From NCBI RefSeq assembly GCF_026626665.1, contig NZ_JAPNKE010000002.1, positions 3,757,168 through 3,821,167 of the forward strand: a stretch of 64,000 nucleotides of DNA, written 5' to 3'. Below the pieces are notes generated by a model. That model did no database searches and was not told the origin of the DNA. It worked only from the letters and a program-made list of their open reading frames with translations. This document shows, piece by piece, positions 52,707 through 62,884 of the stretch. Positions within the stretch are counted from its first letter, which is position 1; each line of letters starts with the position of its first letter. Both the position numbers and the translations under genes were made by a program. This DNA comes from Nannocystis pusilla (GTDB lineage Bacteria > Myxococcota_A > Polyangia > Nannocystales > Nannocystaceae).

Positions 52707-53747
52707 ATGCGTGCGACAATGGTGCGCTTCGTCGGCGCGGCCCTGACGCTGTCCGCGGCGGGGGCCTGCGACGGGGAACCGGGCGGAGACGGGAGCACGA
52801 GCGAGCCGGTCGGCGTGGGCGACGGCGTCGTCGACGAGCTGGCGGCGCGGTGTCCGGGGGCCAAGAGCGAGCCCATCGTGCTGGCGACGCCGACCGGCGA
52901 CATCGACGGTTCGCTGCTGCTGCCGGCCGGTTGCAGTCCATTCGAAGTGGTGTTGATCCACGCCGGCTCCGGTCCCACGGATCGCGACGGCAACTCCGTC
53001 AAGATGGTCAACGACGCCCTGAAACTGCTGGCCGAGGGGCTGGCCGAGCGCGGCGTGGCGACGGTGCGCTTCGACAAGCGCGGGGTGGCGGCCAGCACCG
53101 CCGCCGGGCCGGCGTCGGAGCGCGACCTTCGCCTCGACACCTACGTCGACGACGCCGCGGCGTGGGTGGAGCTGCTCGCCGAGGACGAGCGCTTCCGCGG
53201 GGTCACGATCGCGGGTCACAGCGAGGGCGCGCTGATCGGGATGTTGGCGGCGCAGCGGAGCCCCGCGGACGCGTTCGTGTCGCTCGCCGGCCCGGGACGG
53301 CCCGCGGAAGAGCTGCTGCGCGAGCAGCTGGCAGTCCGCCTGACGGGGCCGCTGCTCGCCGAGGCCGACGCGATCCTCGACTCGCTCGCGGTCGGAGAGG
53401 AAGTGGCCGAGGTCTCGCCCGAGCTCTACGACCTCTTCCGGCCCAGCGTGCAGCCGTACCTCCTGTCGTGGTTCGCGTACGATCCGGCGGCGATCCTCGC
53501 GCAGCTCGACGTGCCGAGCGCGATCGTCCAGGGCACGACGGACATCCAGGTCGGCATCATCGACGCGGAGCGACTGGCCTCGGCGGCCCCGGCCTCGCAG
53601 GTGCGGATCATCGAGGGGATGAATCACGTGCTCAAGGCGGCGGAGCTCGAGGAGGCGTCGCAGTGGCAGGCTTACTTCGATCCGAGCCTGCCCGTGGTGC
53701 CGGAGCTGCTCGACGGGCTCGTCGAGTGGCTGGGCGAGGTCCGCTAG
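52707..53747 (+). CDS. alpha/beta-hydrolase lipoprotein
   Basis: Lipobox LTLSAAGAC. GHSEGALIG is the GxSxG nucleophile elbow. The HAGSGPTDRDGN loop is present. Confidence 0.8.
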   Translation: MRATMVRFVGAALTLSAAGACDGEPGGDGSTSEPVGVGDGVVDELAARCPGAKSEPIVLATPTGDIDGSLLLPAGCSPFEVVLIHAGSGPTDRDGNSVKMVNDALKLLAEGLAERGVATVRFDKRGVAASTAAGPASERDLRLDTYVDDAAAWVELLAEDERFRGVTIAGHSEGALIGMLAAQRSPADAFVSLAGPGRPAEELLREQLAVRLTGPLLAEADAILDSLAVGEEVAEVSPELYDLFRPSVQPYLLSWFAYDPAAILAQLDVPSAIVQGTTDIQVGIIDAERLASAAPASQVRIIEGMNHVLKAAELEEASQWQAYFDPSLPVVPELLDGLVEWLGEVR

Positions 53748-53892
53748 CCCGCTGTCACATTCGGCGGAGCGTCCGCCCCGCCGTCACCACCCGCAAATTC
53801 TCGCTCTGCGACCGACCTCGCGGCAAATTGCGCATTCCGCTGCAGCCTCCAGCGCGGGCGGCCGGCCGTCGGTTATAGTCGCGCGCGTCACC

Positions 53893-55995
53893 ATGCCGAC
53901 CTCGCACCGCGTCTGTCTCCTCCTCCTCGCCGCTGCTGCCTGTGACGCTCCGCCGTCGAAGGACGCGCCGAAGGTCGCCACGATCCAGGCCAAGCGCGTC
54001 GAGCCGACCGACCAGGCCGACGCCCCGCCCGCCACCGACAAGGCGCGCGACGGCAAGTCCGACGCCCCGCCCGTCATCGTCCCGGGCCCGCCCGTCTCCG
54101 ACGACATCGTCAACATGCCCGACAGCTTGACCGCGGAGAACATCCCGCCGATCCCGCGGGCCATCGCCGACGGCGTCGGCACCTACTCCGAGGCGCGCTC
54201 GGCCGCCGCGCTCGAGTGGCACCCCAAGGAGCATTCGCTGCTGATCCGCACCCGTTTCGCCGAAGCCCCCCAGATCCACGAGGTCAAGATGGCGGGCGGC
54301 GACCGTCGCCAGCTCACCTTCTTCAACGACAGCGTCGGCGGGGCCATTTATCCGCCGGTCGGCGACGGCAGCTTCTTCGTGTTGTCGAAGGACATCGGCG
54401 GCAACGAGTTCGCGCAGAACTGGCGCTTCGATCGCGCCGACGGCAAGCTCACCCTCCTCACCGACGGCGCGTCGAAGAACAGCCTCGGCCCGTGGACCCG
54501 CGGCGGCGAAAAGTTCGCCTACACCTCGACCCGACGCAACAAGAAGGACACCGACTTCTACGTCGTCGACCCGCGCGACCCGACCACCGACAAGCTGGTC
54601 GCCGAGGTCGAGGGCGGCGGTTGGTCGCCCTCGGACTTCTCGGCCGACGGCAACCAGCTCCTCGCGGAGGAGTACGTCTCGGTCAACGAGAGCTACCTGT
54701 GGCTGTTCGACCTGGCCACCGGCCAGCGCACCAAGCTGACCGAAAAGACCGGCGATGTCCCGGTCGTCTGGTCGGGCGCCAGCTTCACCGCCGACGGCAA
54801 GGGCGTCATCACCACCACCGACGGCCAGGGCGAGTTCCGCGAGCTCGTCACCCTCGACCTCGCCACCAAGCAGGTGAGCCCGCTCGGCCCGCCGGTGCAG
54901 TGGGACGTCGAGAGCTTCGCCGTCAGCCACGACCGCAAGAAGCTGGCCTCGATCGTCAACGAGGCCGGCGTCGACCGCCTGCGGCTGCACGACCTCCCGA
55001 GCGGGCGCGAGCGGCCGATCAAGACCCGCCTGCCGGCCGGCACGATCGGCGGCCTCAATTTCCACCCCGACGGCAAGCTGCTGGCCTTCAGCCTGTCGTC
55101 GGCGCGCTCGCCCGCCGACACCTACGTGCTCGACGTCCAGAGCGGCGTCATCGAGCGCTGGACCGAGAGCGAGGTCGGCACCCTCAACCCCGGCACCTTC
55201 AGCGAGCCCGAGCTCGTGACGTGGAAGAGCTTCGACGACCGCGAGATCTCCGGCTTCTACTACAAGCCCCCGGCGCGGTTCGCCGGCAAGCGCCCGGTCG
55301 TCGTCATCGTCCACGGCGGGCCCGAGGGCCAGTCGCAGCCCGGCTTCATCGCCCGCAACAACTACTACCTCGACGAGCTCGGCGTCGCCCTGCTCTACCC
55401 CAACGTGCGCGGCTCGACCGGCTACGGCAAGACCTTCGTGCGGCTCGACAACGGCGCCCAGCGCGAGGACTCGGTCAAGGACCTCGGGGCCGCGCTCGAC
55501 TGGATCGCCAGCCGGCCCGAGCTCGACGCCGATCGCATCATGGTCATGGGCGGCTCGTACGGCGGCTACATGACCCTCGCCGCCTCGGTCCACTTCGCCG
55601 ACCGGATCCGCTGCGCCGTCGACATCGTCGGCATCAGCAACTTCGTCACCTTCCTCGAGAACACCGAGGCCTACCGCCGCGACCTCCGCCGCGTCGAGTA
55701 CGGCGACGAGCGCGACCCGGAGATGCGCAAGAAGCTGCTCGAGATCTCGCCGCTCACCCGCGCCGCCGAGATCAAGAAGCCGCTGTTCGTCATCCAGGGC
55801 AAGAACGACCCGCGCGTGCCGGCCAGCGAGGCGCACCAGATCGTCGCCACCCTCAAGCAGGGCGGCACGCCGGTGTGGTACCTCGAGGGCAAGGACGAGG
55901 GCCACGGCTTCCAGAAGAAGCGCAACCAGGACTACCAGATGTACGCCACGATCCTGTTCATGAAGAAGTTCCTGCTCGACGGAGTGACCGAGTGA
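53893..55995 (+). CDS. S9-family serine peptidase (prolyl oligopeptidase/dipeptidyl-peptidase type) with N-terminal beta-propeller
   Basis: 700 aa. The C-terminal catalytic domain has GGSYGGYMT (GxSxGG), ...GKNDPRVP... and ...DEGHGF (catalytic Asp/His). Confidence 0.9.
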   Translation: MPTSHRVCLLLLAAAACDAPPSKDAPKVATIQAKRVEPTDQADAPPATDKARDGKSDAPPVIVPGPPVSDDIVNMPDSLTAENIPPIPRAIADGVGTYSEARSAAALEWHPKEHSLLIRTRFAEAPQIHEVKMAGGDRRQLTFFNDSVGGAIYPPVGDGSFFVLSKDIGGNEFAQNWRFDRADGKLTLLTDGASKNSLGPWTRGGEKFAYTSTRRNKKDTDFYVVDPRDPTTDKLVAEVEGGGWSPSDFSADGNQLLAEEYVSVNESYLWLFDLATGQRTKLTEKTGDVPVVWSGASFTADGKGVITTTDGQGEFRELVTLDLATKQVSPLGPPVQWDVESFAVSHDRKKLASIVNEAGVDRLRLHDLPSGRERPIKTRLPAGTIGGLNFHPDGKLLAFSLSSARSPADTYVLDVQSGVIERWTESEVGTLNPGTFSEPELVTWKSFDDREISGFYYKPPARFAGKRPVVVIVHGGPEGQSQPGFIARNNYYLDELGVALLYPNVRGSTGYGKTFVRLDNGAQREDSVKDLGAALDWIASRPELDADRIMVMGGSYGGYMTLAASVHFADRIRCAVDIVGISNFVTFLENTEAYRRDLRRVEYGDERDPEMRKKLLEISPLTRAAEIKKPLFVIQGKNDPRVPASEAHQIVATLKQGGTPVWYLEGKDEGHGFQKKRNQDYQMYATILFMKKFLLDGVTE

Positions 55996-56052
55996 GCGGA
56001 GAGCCGCAGATGAACGCCGACAGGATCATCGGCGCGCAGGCCTGATCATTGT

Positions 56053-56080
56053 CGAGACATGTCCGCCCGGACATGTCTCG
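56053..56080. terminator. perfect inverted repeat CGAGACATGTCCG-CC-CGGACATGTCTCG built from two GGACATGTCC-type motifs; putative bidirectional terminator between convergent genes
   Basis: The two 13-nt arms are exact reverse complements. It lies between the 3' ends of 53893..55995(+) and 56088..56672(-). Confidence 0.6.
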
Positions 56081-56087
56081 CCGATCG

Positions 56088-56672
56088 TCAGACGCACTGG
56101 TTGTTCTCGCAGCTCATCAGGTCCATGCAGTCCTTGACAAACTCGCACGGGTCGAACTCGCTGCCGTCGTAGCACGCCCCGTACACGCAGTGCTTCGAGC
56201 CCTCGGCGCAGTCGGTGTCGGTCTTGCAGGGGTCGCCCTCGCTGCCGTCGTAGCAGACGCCCATGATGCAGCGCGGGGCCGCGGCGCTGCACTCCTCGTG
56301 GAACTCGCACGGGTCGCCCTCGCTGCCGTCGTGGCACTCGCCGAACACGCAGAACTGCGCGGACTCCGGGCAGTCGGCGATGAATTGACAGCTCTGTCCC
56401 TCGGTCTCCGCGGGCGGCACGCCGGTGGTCATCTCGCCGGTGGTCGTCGCCGGCGCCGTCGTGCCCTCGCCGGTCGTCGACGTCGTCGGCACCGCGCTGC
56501 TGGTCCCCGTGGTCGTGGACGTGCTCGTGGACGTGGTCGTGCCGGTCTCCATGATCGGCACCATCGGCCCCTGCTCGGTGTCGCCGTCGGTGACGGCCAC
56601 CCCTTGTTTCTCCTTCTCACCGCAGGACGCCGTGAGCGCCACGGCGAGGTACAGGACGACGTTGGCACGCAT
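56088..56672 (-). CDS. lipoprotein with Thr-rich linker and three Cys-rich DGSEGDPCE repeats
   Basis: MRANVVLYLAVALTASCG has a lipobox, followed by a T/S-rich linker. CxxGxCxDGSEGDPC occurs three times. Confidence 0.7.
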   Translation of the reverse strand: MRANVVLYLAVALTASCGEKEKQGVAVTDGDTEQGPMVPIMETGTTTSTSTSTTTGTSSAVPTTSTTGEGTTAPATTTGEMTTGVPPAETEGQSCQFIADCPESAQFCVFGECHDGSEGDPCEFHEECSAAAPRCIMGVCYDGSEGDPCKTDTDCAEGSKHCVYGACYDGSEFDPCEFVKDCMDLMSCENNQCV

Positions 56673-57053
56673 GATCGATCGGAAAGATGGCGACGGTCGG
56701 CCGGGCGGCACCTCAATTTCCATTGATGTGACTCGAACGACGTTCGCCTGGCAAAGCCCGCCAAACCAGCATCCGTGCGTGATTTCGGGAAAAATCGGCC
56801 GCGGCGGCGAGCGGCGGCGCGCCGTGATCGCGACCACGGTCCGTGCCCACATTCGCGGTCAATGCATGCACTCGCCGCCGCCGCCCCGTCGGCGCATTCC
56901 TTCGCTCACGGGCGCGCCGCCCGGCTCGGCGAGCGCGACGCGGGCTGGCGGCGAGCGAGGCCCGAGGCGACGGACATGTCCTTTCGCGCATCTTGGATGA
57001 CGCCGGCCGCTCCGCACCCGACCGCCAGGCCCGCGGCTCCGTCTTGACCGCGC

Positions 57054-58884
57054 TCAGCGCAGGCGGTGCTCGAGCCGCTGCGCGGTGTCCTCGAGGACCG
57101 CGCGGTGCTCGGCCGGCACGAACTCGATCTGGCGGCGCAGGTACGGCAGGAGCTCCGAGTTGGGCAGCTCGCTGATGGCGGTGCTGGCGACCTTGACGAA
57201 CGGCTGCTCGCCCTCGCGGAGGCGGTCGCACAGGAAGTCGAGCGCCTCGACGCTGCCGATCTTGCCGATCGCAGTCAGCGCAGCCTTGCGGGCCGCCTCC
57301 GGGTCGGGCAGGTCGCGGGCCTCGAAGATCCGGCGCAGCGGCTCGAACGCGTGGGGGAACACCAGCCGCTCGACCGAGGCCGCCGCGGCCTTGCGGACCG
57401 GCGCGCTCGGGTCGCGCAACGCCTGCGACACCAGGCCGAAGCTGCGCTTGAAGCGGAGCGCCCCCATCGCCGCCGCCACCGACTCGCGCAGCGACGCGTC
57501 GCCGTGGCGGTACATCGCCTCGAGGCCGGCGATCACCGGGTAGGCGCGGACCACCGCCAGGCTCTTCACGATCTCGAGCGGCGGCACCGCCTGCCCGCGG
57601 CGCTCGAGCTCGAGCACCAGCAGCAGCGCGTGGCGGCGCACGTAGTCGGGGAAGCGGCGGTCGGCCATCACGCCGGCGGCCACCAGGGCCGGGTCGCCGC
57701 CGAGCTCCCACTCGGCCAGGTCGACGTACCAGACCTCCTCGTAGTCGGCGCTGGCGCAGGAACTCGGGTACCGGCATCGGCCGCGGCGCGTCCTGGGGCC
57801 CGTCGCCGAGGCGACGGATCAGCCGCAGCGCGCGCTCGCGGTTCTTGGCCGGCAGGTCGAGCGTGGTGATCTTGCGGTACGACTCGGCGACCTGGCGGAA
57901 CGCCCGCACCGACGCGAACGCCTCGGCCGCGGCCAGGCACGCGTTCTCGATGATCTGCGGCGGGTGGCCGGCGGCCAGCGCCTCGGTCGCCGCCTTGATC
58001 CACGCCTCCGCGCTGCGCCAGCGCAGGTCGTCGGCGTACGGCAGGCCCGAGCGGGTGCAGTAGTCGGCGGCCTCGCGCAGGATCGACGCCACCGCGTGGA
58101 ACTCGCCGGCCTCGCGGGCCATGGCGATGAACGTCTCGTACAGGCGCAGCGCGTCGAGCTTGAGCCCGTCGTCGCGGAGGATCCGGACGCTGTTGAGGTA
58201 GCCCTCGGCCACGTTCTCGAACGCCCGCGTCTCCGAGCCGAGGCGGGCGATCAGCTGGTAGCAGTCGAACGCGCGCTCGCGCAGGCCCTCGCTCTCGAAC
58301 GCGTCGGCGACCTCCTCGACGCTGGTGGTCGCGTCGGCGATCGCCTGCCGCGCGCGCTCGTGGCCGAGGCGGCGCAGGCACAGCGCGTAGTTGATCTTCA
58401 TCAGCGCGCGCTCGTAGTCGCGGTCGACCAGCGCGTCGCCGGCCAGCATGCGGGCCCACAGCTGCGACGCGGCCGCGTCGTCGCCCGCGCGCTCGAGCGC
58501 GATCGCCCGGTGCACCGGCATCCCGCCGAGCTCGAACCACGAGGCCGCCGGGCGGTGCTGGCCCGCGCGCGACAGATAGATCGCGTACAGGCGCACCGTG
58601 CGGATCGCGTCGGCGTCGCCGGCCTGGGCCCGCTGCGCGTACAGCCGCATGATGTCGGGCCCCGGCATCTCGCGCGCGCCGAGGTACGACAGGCAGGCCA
58701 TGCCCTCGCCCCAGTTGCCGGTCGCGCGCAGCGAGTCGACGTAGGCGCGCAGCCACTCCTCGTACTCGAAGTCGATGCGGTCGACCACCTGGACCAGTTG
58801 GCGCAGGTAGATCTGGGCGTCGGCGTGGCGGCCGGCCCGCAGCGCCCCCTCGGCGCGGATCCACAGCACGTTGGTGTCGATCAC
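57054..58884 (-). CDS. TPR/HEAT-repeat protein, last gene of MoxR-vWA operon (frameshift ~57745)
   Basis: The N-terminal ~380 aa (TPR-like helices) lie in the frame of ORF 56713..60822 and the C-terminal ~230 aa (HEAT-like) in the frame of ORF 57054..57683. The GTG start overlaps the vWA stop (GTGA). Confidence 0.6.
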
Positions 58885-60494
58885 CGCCGCCTCCGCCCCT
58901 GTCCCTTCAACCCTGTCCCGACGGACATGGTCTTCGGGGCACCCGTCTTGCGCCGGGTCGGCTGGGCCTGGCGATGGCCGGCCTCGACGTCGCTGATGAT
59001 CTGGCGGGCGCGCTGGGCCCGGCGGCCGTGGCTTATCGCCTGGTCGTCGATCACGTGCACGCGGTAGAACAGGTCGAGGTAGCCGAGGTCGAGCACGCCC
59101 GAGCTCGGCAGGATGAACACCCCGTAGATCGGCGCGCGCGCGGCCAGGGCGGCGACGTCGTCGGGCGGCAGCTGGCACTCGCCGTGGGTCAGCAGGTAGA
59201 CCAGCACCTTGCCGCCGCCGCCCCCGCCCGAGCGGCGCGGGGCCGACAGCTCGGCGTTGATCTGGCGGATCACGCGGGCGTAGTTGCGGCCGTGCTCGGC
59301 GCGGAACTGCAGCACGTAGGGCACCTCGGCGTGGCCCTGCGCGCCGACCTTGACGCCCTCGTACAGGCGGCTGTCGAAGAAGCGCAGGATCACGTGCTCG
59401 CCGAGCAGCGCCAGCCGCTTGCACAGCGCCAGCGCCAGGCCGCGGGCGAACACCTCCCGCACCCCGCGCATCGACGCCGAGCCGTCGACCAGCACGTAGT
59501 GGGTGCGGTGCTCGTTCTCGACCTGCTTCTCGTGGGTAAAGTAGAACAGCTCGTCGTCGATGAACTTCTGTTCGAAGATGTCTTCGTCGTAGGCGAGCTG
59601 CGACAGCTCGAGGTCGTCGACCCCGCCGAAGCGCTCGATCGACGCGTAGCCGTCGATCGAGAACACCTGCTGGCCGGCCTCGCGCTTGACCTCGAGGATC
59701 GACGGCAGCAGCTCCATCGAGAAGTCGATCACGTCGGCCAGCGCCGGGCTGACCATCACGTTGTAGAGGTCGGCCAGGTCGACGCCCGCGGCCGCCTCGC
59801 CGGGCCCGCCGCGGAACAGGCCGAACAGGCGCAGCGCGTCGACGTCGATCTGCTCGACCGCCAGCAGCGGCAGGAGCCGATGCGTCGTCAGCGTCTGCAG
59901 CCACGCGATCGTCTGCCGCTGGTCGTAGCGGGTGTACGCCGAGCTCGGCTCGACCTTCGCGTAGTGGACCGCGTCGACCGGCAGCTCGATCGGCCGCAGC
60001 ACCCGCACGTCGTCGGGCAGCTGCGGGACCACCGGCGCGAACACCCGCGCCAGGACCACGCCGATCATCTGGTCGCGGTGCTTCCAGCCGGCCTGCGCGC
60101 GCACCAGGTCGCTCTCGCCGAGCTCGACGAGCAGCCCACGCCAGGCCTCGCACAGCTCCGACTCGGCGATGCCCTTGACCACCGGGCCGGGGCCGCCCAG
60201 GCCCGTGATGAGACAGCCGAGGTCGTGCAGGATCACCAGCGGCACGGCCACGCCGAGGCGCGCCAGGATCCCCTGCCACACCAGCGCGCGCATCATCGCC
60301 AGCGCGCCGGCGCCGTCGATCTGCGACAGCGCCAGGCTGCCGACCTGGCGCTCGAGCTCGGCCACGTTGGGCGTCACCCGCGGCGCCTGGGCCTGGCCGC
60401 CCGCGGCGGGCCGCGACGTCCGCGGCGCCGGTGGCTGAGGCGGGGCCGCGCGCGGCGGCGGGGGCTTGCGGACGTCGGCCATGGAGGCGGGCAC
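58881..60494 (-). CDS. von Willebrand factor A (vWA) domain protein
   Basis: The MIDAS motif HYVLVDGSASM is present. Length 537 aa. The gene lies directly downstream of the MoxR ATPase. Confidence 0.8.
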   Translation of the reverse strand: MPASMADVRKPPPPRAAPPQPPAPRTSRPAAGGQAQAPRVTPNVAELERQVGSLALSQIDGAGALAMMRALVWQGILARLGVAVPLVILHDLGCLITGLGGPGPVVKGIAESELCEAWRGLLVELGESDLVRAQAGWKHRDQMIGVVLARVFAPVVPQLPDDVRVLRPIELPVDAVHYAKVEPSSAYTRYDQRQTIAWLQTLTTHRLLPLLAVEQIDVDALRLFGLFRGGPGEAAAGVDLADLYNVMVSPALADVIDFSMELLPSILEVKREAGQQVFSIDGYASIERFGGVDDLELSQLAYDEDIFEQKFIDDELFYFTHEKQVENEHRTHYVLVDGSASMRGVREVFARGLALALCKRLALLGEHVILRFFDSRLYEGVKVGAQGHAEVPYVLQFRAEHGRNYARVIRQINAELSAPRRSGGGGGGKVLVYLLTHGECQLPPDDVAALAARAPIYGVFILPSSGVLDLGYLDLFYRVHVIDDQAISHGRRAQRARQIISDVEAGHRQAQPTRRKTGAPKTMSVGTGLKGQGRRRR

Positions 60495-60497
60495 CTC

Positions 60498-61685
60498 TTA
60501 CGCGAAGCGGCTCGACGCGAACATCGTCTCCAGCAGCTTGTCGACCTCGCCGACCATGCGCTGGGCCGTCGGGCTGTCCTGCATGCGCAGCAGCGCCGCC
60601 TTGATGTCGCCGAGGTTGCGCAGCTGGCTGAACAGCTGCATGTCCGACAGCACCTGGCTGCCGGTGAGCGTCTCGCGGATGACCCGCAGCTCCTCGAGCA
60701 GGTCCTGCAGGCTCGTCGGCGTCGCGCCGATCCGGCCGTGGTCCGGGTGCGACTCGTACCAGCGGTCGAGCACCGGGCCGACGATCTCCTGGAGAATCTC
60801 CTCCTGCTCCGGCGTGTTCCACACGTGGCGGAGGATGAACAGGTCGGCGTCGGTCACGTGGTCGCGGCCGTCGAACAGCGCCGAGTTGGCGAACACCTTG
60901 AGCAGCTTGACCACGCGGCGGTCGGACAGGCCGATGCCCTCCGAGCGGATCTGGAACACCATGCCCTTGAAGGTGGTGAGGAACTCCTCGCTCATCTTCA
61001 CGTGCGAGCCGAAGTCGCGCTGGATCGTCAGCAGCTCGGCCGCGGTCGCCACCTTGCGCCCGACCTGCTGGTCGGCCATCTGCTGCACCTCGAGCTGGAT
61101 GCCCTTCTGCAGCAGGCCGCGGAAGTGATAGCTGTCGAGGTAGTCGCAGCGCACGCGCAGCAGGAAGCGGTCGAAGATGGCCGACAGCGCCTCGTCGGTC
61201 GGCACCTCGTTGCTCGCCGCGAAGAGGCTGATGAGCGGCACCCGCACCGTGCTCGTGCCGTGGGTGAAGCGGCGCGCGTTGACCAGCGTGAGCAGGCTGT
61301 TCAAGATGGCGTTGTTGGCCTTGAAGATCTCGTCGAGGAACACGACCTCGGCCTCGGGCAGCATCTTCTCGATGCGCCGGCGGTACGTGCCCTGGCGGAA
61401 CGCCTGGATGTCGACCGGCCCGAAGATCTCGTTGGGCTCGGTGAAGCGGGTCAGCAGGTAGTCGAAGAAGCGGGCGTCGATCACCTGCGCGAACGCGCGG
61501 ACGATCGCGCTCTTGGCGGTGCCGGGCGGCCCGACCATCACCATGTGTTCGCCGGCCAGGGCCGAGATGAAGAGGAGGCGGATGATCTCCTCCTTGCCGA
61601 GGAACTGCTGCTCGAGCTGGCGCGCCCCGTCCTGCAGGCGGCGGGCGAGGTCGCTGATCGAGAAGGTGGCCGGGGTGGTGCTCAT
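60498..61685 (-). CDS. MoxR-family AAA+ ATPase
   Basis: Walker A GPPGTAKS, Walker B VVFLDEIFKAN and sensor motifs are present. The ATG is at MSTTPATF. Confidence 0.85.
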   Translation of the reverse strand: MSTTPATFSISDLARRLQDGARQLEQQFLGKEEIIRLLFISALAGEHMVMVGPPGTAKSAIVRAFAQVIDARFFDYLLTRFTEPNEIFGPVDIQAFRQGTYRRRIEKMLPEAEVVFLDEIFKANNAILNSLLTLVNARRFTHGTSTVRVPLISLFAASNEVPTDEALSAIFDRFLLRVRCDYLDSYHFRGLLQKGIQLEVQQMADQQVGRKVATAAELLTIQRDFGSHVKMSEEFLTTFKGMVFQIRSEGIGLSDRRVVKLLKVFANSALFDGRDHVTDADLFILRHVWNTPEQEEILQEIVGPVLDRWYESHPDHGRIGATPTSLQDLLEELRVIRETLTGSQVLSDMQLFSQLRNLGDIKAALLRMQDSPTAQRMVGEVDKLLETMFASSRFA

Positions 61686-61687
61686 GG

Positions 61688-62884
61688 CTATGTTTCGGCT
61701 TTTACGACGCGCGGGACGAGCGTCGCCAGGAGATTTTCGACGACCGAGCGCGGGATGAGCTCGCCGAGGTGATCGATATACTCGATCCAGCGCCGCTCCA
61801 CTTGCGCGTCGAAGCCGAGGCTGGCGGCCCCGCCGAGCGGCGAGCCCAGCACGTCCCCCAGCGCGGGCAGCAGGAGCGGCAGCGCCAGGAACATCTGCAC
61901 CGGCCGGTCGCGGCTGGTGGGCGCGACGCCGAGCCGGGCGCCGAGCTCGAGCACGCGGAGGAAGTGGACGTGGATGAGGGCCGCGACCAGGGCCGCGACG
62001 TCCTCGGGCCCGGCGCTGTCGACGGGGGCCGGCAGGGCCAGCATCGGCCGGGCGCCGGCGGTCTGCGCGCCCGTCGCTCCCGAGGTCGGCGTCGGACCCG
62101 ACAGCGGGCGGCCGGTCAGCGAGAACAGCAGCGAGCCGAGGACGGTGCCGCCGATCTCGATCCAGTGCCGCGACGACGCCCACGCGTGGCAGACCGCGCG
62201 GGCGAACGCCCGGTGGCGCAGGAAGCTCGCCCCCTCGAGCGGGCTGTAGCCCGGCGGGGCCATCAACGGGCGCAGGAGGCAGGTCACCGGGCTGGCCCAA
62301 AGGACATCTTGCAGCAGCGCCGAGACCTCGGCCACGTGCGCGGTCGACCACCAGTTGACCGTCTCCTCGCGCACCGACAGCGCCCCCGGCACCGTCCAGC
62401 GCAGGCGCCGGCGCGGGATCTCCTGGCCGACGAAGCGCAGCTCGCCCTCGGCGCCGCTCAGGATCTGGTCGCGGCGCGACAGCTCCAGGAACGCCCCCAC
62501 CGCCGCGTGGTTGGCTAGCGCCGCCGAGAAGCCCTCGGGCCGGCTGAACAGCAGCCAGTAGCGGGCGGCCGACTCGACCCGCCGCCACGTCGCCTGGCGG
62601 GCCCACACGCGGCTGCGGTCGGGGTGGTCGAGCACGAGCAGGTTGTAGAGCGCCACCCACAGCGCCAGCTCCTCGGCCCCGGGCTCGTGCAGGTCGGGCT
62701 CGGCCACCAGCTGTTGCGCGCGCTGCAGGCGGAGCGCCGCGACCTCGCTGGTGCGCAGCGTCGCCAGCGCTCCGCACATCGCCCGGAAGTCCGCCGGCCG
62801 CACCGGCGCGGCCACGTGGACCGTCCCGCCCCCGAGCAGGGGCGCCACGAAGCGCGCGCAGAACTCGCCGAGGTCCCGGGTCAC
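61688..62884 (-). CDS. hypothetical protein, first in-operon partner upstream of MoxR
   Basis: The GTG start overlaps the stop of the upstream gene (GTGA). It ends 2 nt before the MoxR ATG. GC3 is good. Confidence 0.5.
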   Translation of the reverse strand: MTRDLGEFCARFVAPLLGGGTVHVAAPVRPADFRAMCGALATLRTSEVAALRLQRAQQLVAEPDLHEPGAEELALWVALYNLLVLDHPDRSRVWARQATWRRVESAARYWLLFSRPEGFSAALANHAAVGAFLELSRRDQILSGAEGELRFVGQEIPRRRLRWTVPGALSVREETVNWWSTAHVAEVSALLQDVLWASPVTCLLRPLMAPPGYSPLEGASFLRHRAFARAVCHAWASSRHWIEIGGTVLGSLLFSLTGRPLSGPTPTSGATGAQTAGARPMLALPAPVDSAGPEDVAALVAALIHVHFLRVLELGARLGVAPTSRDRPVQMFLALPLLLPALGDVLGSPLGGAASLGFDAQVERRWIEYIDHLGELIPRSVVENLLATLVPRVVKAET